From positions 1,800,001 to 1,832,000 of the forward strand of contig NC_002677.1 of NCBI RefSeq assembly GCF_000195855.1: 32,000 bases of DNA, read 5' to 3'. The translations under genes were made by a program, and so were the position numbers. The notes beneath the pieces were generated by a model. That model was not told the origin of the DNA. It was given only the letters and a program-made list of their open reading frames with translations, and did no database searches. The DNA comes from Mycobacterium leprae TN (lineage in GTDB: Bacteria; Actinomycetota; Actinomycetes; Mycobacteriales; Mycobacteriaceae). How positions within the stretch are numbered: position 1 is the first letter of the stretch; each line of letters starts with the position of its first letter. Positions 31,271 to 32,000 of this stretch are shown piece after piece.

Positions 31271-32000
31271 CTACTCCAGCTCGCTGGCTAGCGCCGTGTT
31301 AACCCAACTACCCAGTACTTGGTTGGCATGCTGGTCATCAAAGAACACACCCATGACACGCAAAAGGGTTGCAGGCTCGGTCGACCGCGAGGTCAACACG
31401 CGCGGCCAACCGGCCGTTTAGCAGCAGCGACCACAAATATATAGCTGTACTGGCGTTTAACCGCTGATGTGTAGATCTCGATGCAGTAGCGAAAGCCGAA
31501 CAGCCACTCCACCCACTGCCAAAAGAAGATCACCGGGTCGAACAGACACAGCAGAGCGGTGCCACGGTCAACGCGTGGCACCGCTTTCGCTGTGTCGCAA
31601 ATATGCCTTGCGCCGACCCCCTGGACAGTGACCGATTCAATCTCACCGGCCGCCACCAGCTCAGCGACACCCAACTTAACCTACTCTCAACCTACCCGGA
31701 AGTAGTCGCGGATGTCGGCTTCAGTACCCATAACTCAGTGCGGTGGCGGTCCGCCGCGTCAACTCACGAACAGCCACGTCGTCAACCTCCCGGGCCCACG
31801 CACTGGCCGGCAACACCCTTTCCACCAAATCCTTAGTGACGAGCTAAACCCACCCAGGTAACTGTGGTGAGCATCCCGAAGGCAAACAGCGGTTCGACAA
31901 CCCACTTAGTGTCGCTGCGATTCTACCAGGAACCCGTTGATGAGCGTGGTGCGGCGGCCAAATGCGCCTCGATCGGCCCTCGGTACTGGGTCAAAGCTCG
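31271..32000 (-). pseudogene. Winged-helix AlkZ/YcaQ (DUF1006)-like DNA glycosylase pseudogene, 5' part beyond the right window edge
   Basis: 31393-31674 gives ELVAAGEIESVTVQG......LLCLFDPVIFFWQWVEWLFGFRYCIEIYTSAVKRQYSYIFVVAAAKRPVGRA. This fits the family core LLsPFDpli..R.R...LFgFdYr.EiY.Pa.kR.yGYY.lPiL...lvGRvD. Upstream (..DIRDYFRVG..) and downstream (VDLAVDRA..) pieces are in other frames with stops. Confidence 0.55.

Overview
This is a high-GC actinobacterial chromosome segment that I recognise as a Mycobacterium leprae-type reductive genome (M. leprae, or possibly M. lepromatosis). All homology calls come from reading the translations against remembered protein families and remembered M. 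tuberculosis (Mtb) orthologues. No searches were run.

Gene order from 1 to about 21.96 kb is the inverted Mtb block Rv1173 (fbiC) to Rv1151c (cobB). At 21.96-22.93 kb this block is fused to the Rv2752c (rnj)-dapA-thyX-hsdS/hsdM block.

About 14 genes look intact:
- fbiC (5' end only), an Rv1171-like membrane protein, mshB, lpqW and typA
- phhB, pimE and two Ala/Pro-rich secreted proteins
- an Rv1155-like F420/PNPOx-fold protein, cobB, rnj, dapA and thyX

About 14 more are in-situ pseudogenes:
- a PE gene, a TetR regulator, the whole narGHJI operon and mutT2
- an Rv1156-like HhH-GPD gene, a DUF1697 gene and a GntR regulator
- a MATE transporter, hsdS, hsdM and an AlkZ/YcaQ-like glycosylase

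I see no rRNA, tRNA, CRISPR array or intact transposase, and no evidence for an intact, undescribed multi-gene system.

The most unusual signals are:
1. A 935-bp non-coding element with perfect 52-bp terminal inverted repeats, lying exactly at the cobB|rnj rearrangement junction.
2. An in-frame (GCACCT)7 microsatellite inside a secreted-protein gene.
3. A perfect 17-bp-stem palindrome at the frame break of one pseudogene.
4. Three DNA-repair-type pseudogenes within 32 kb.
5. A block of non-Mtb-syntenic gene fossils between thyX and hsdS.
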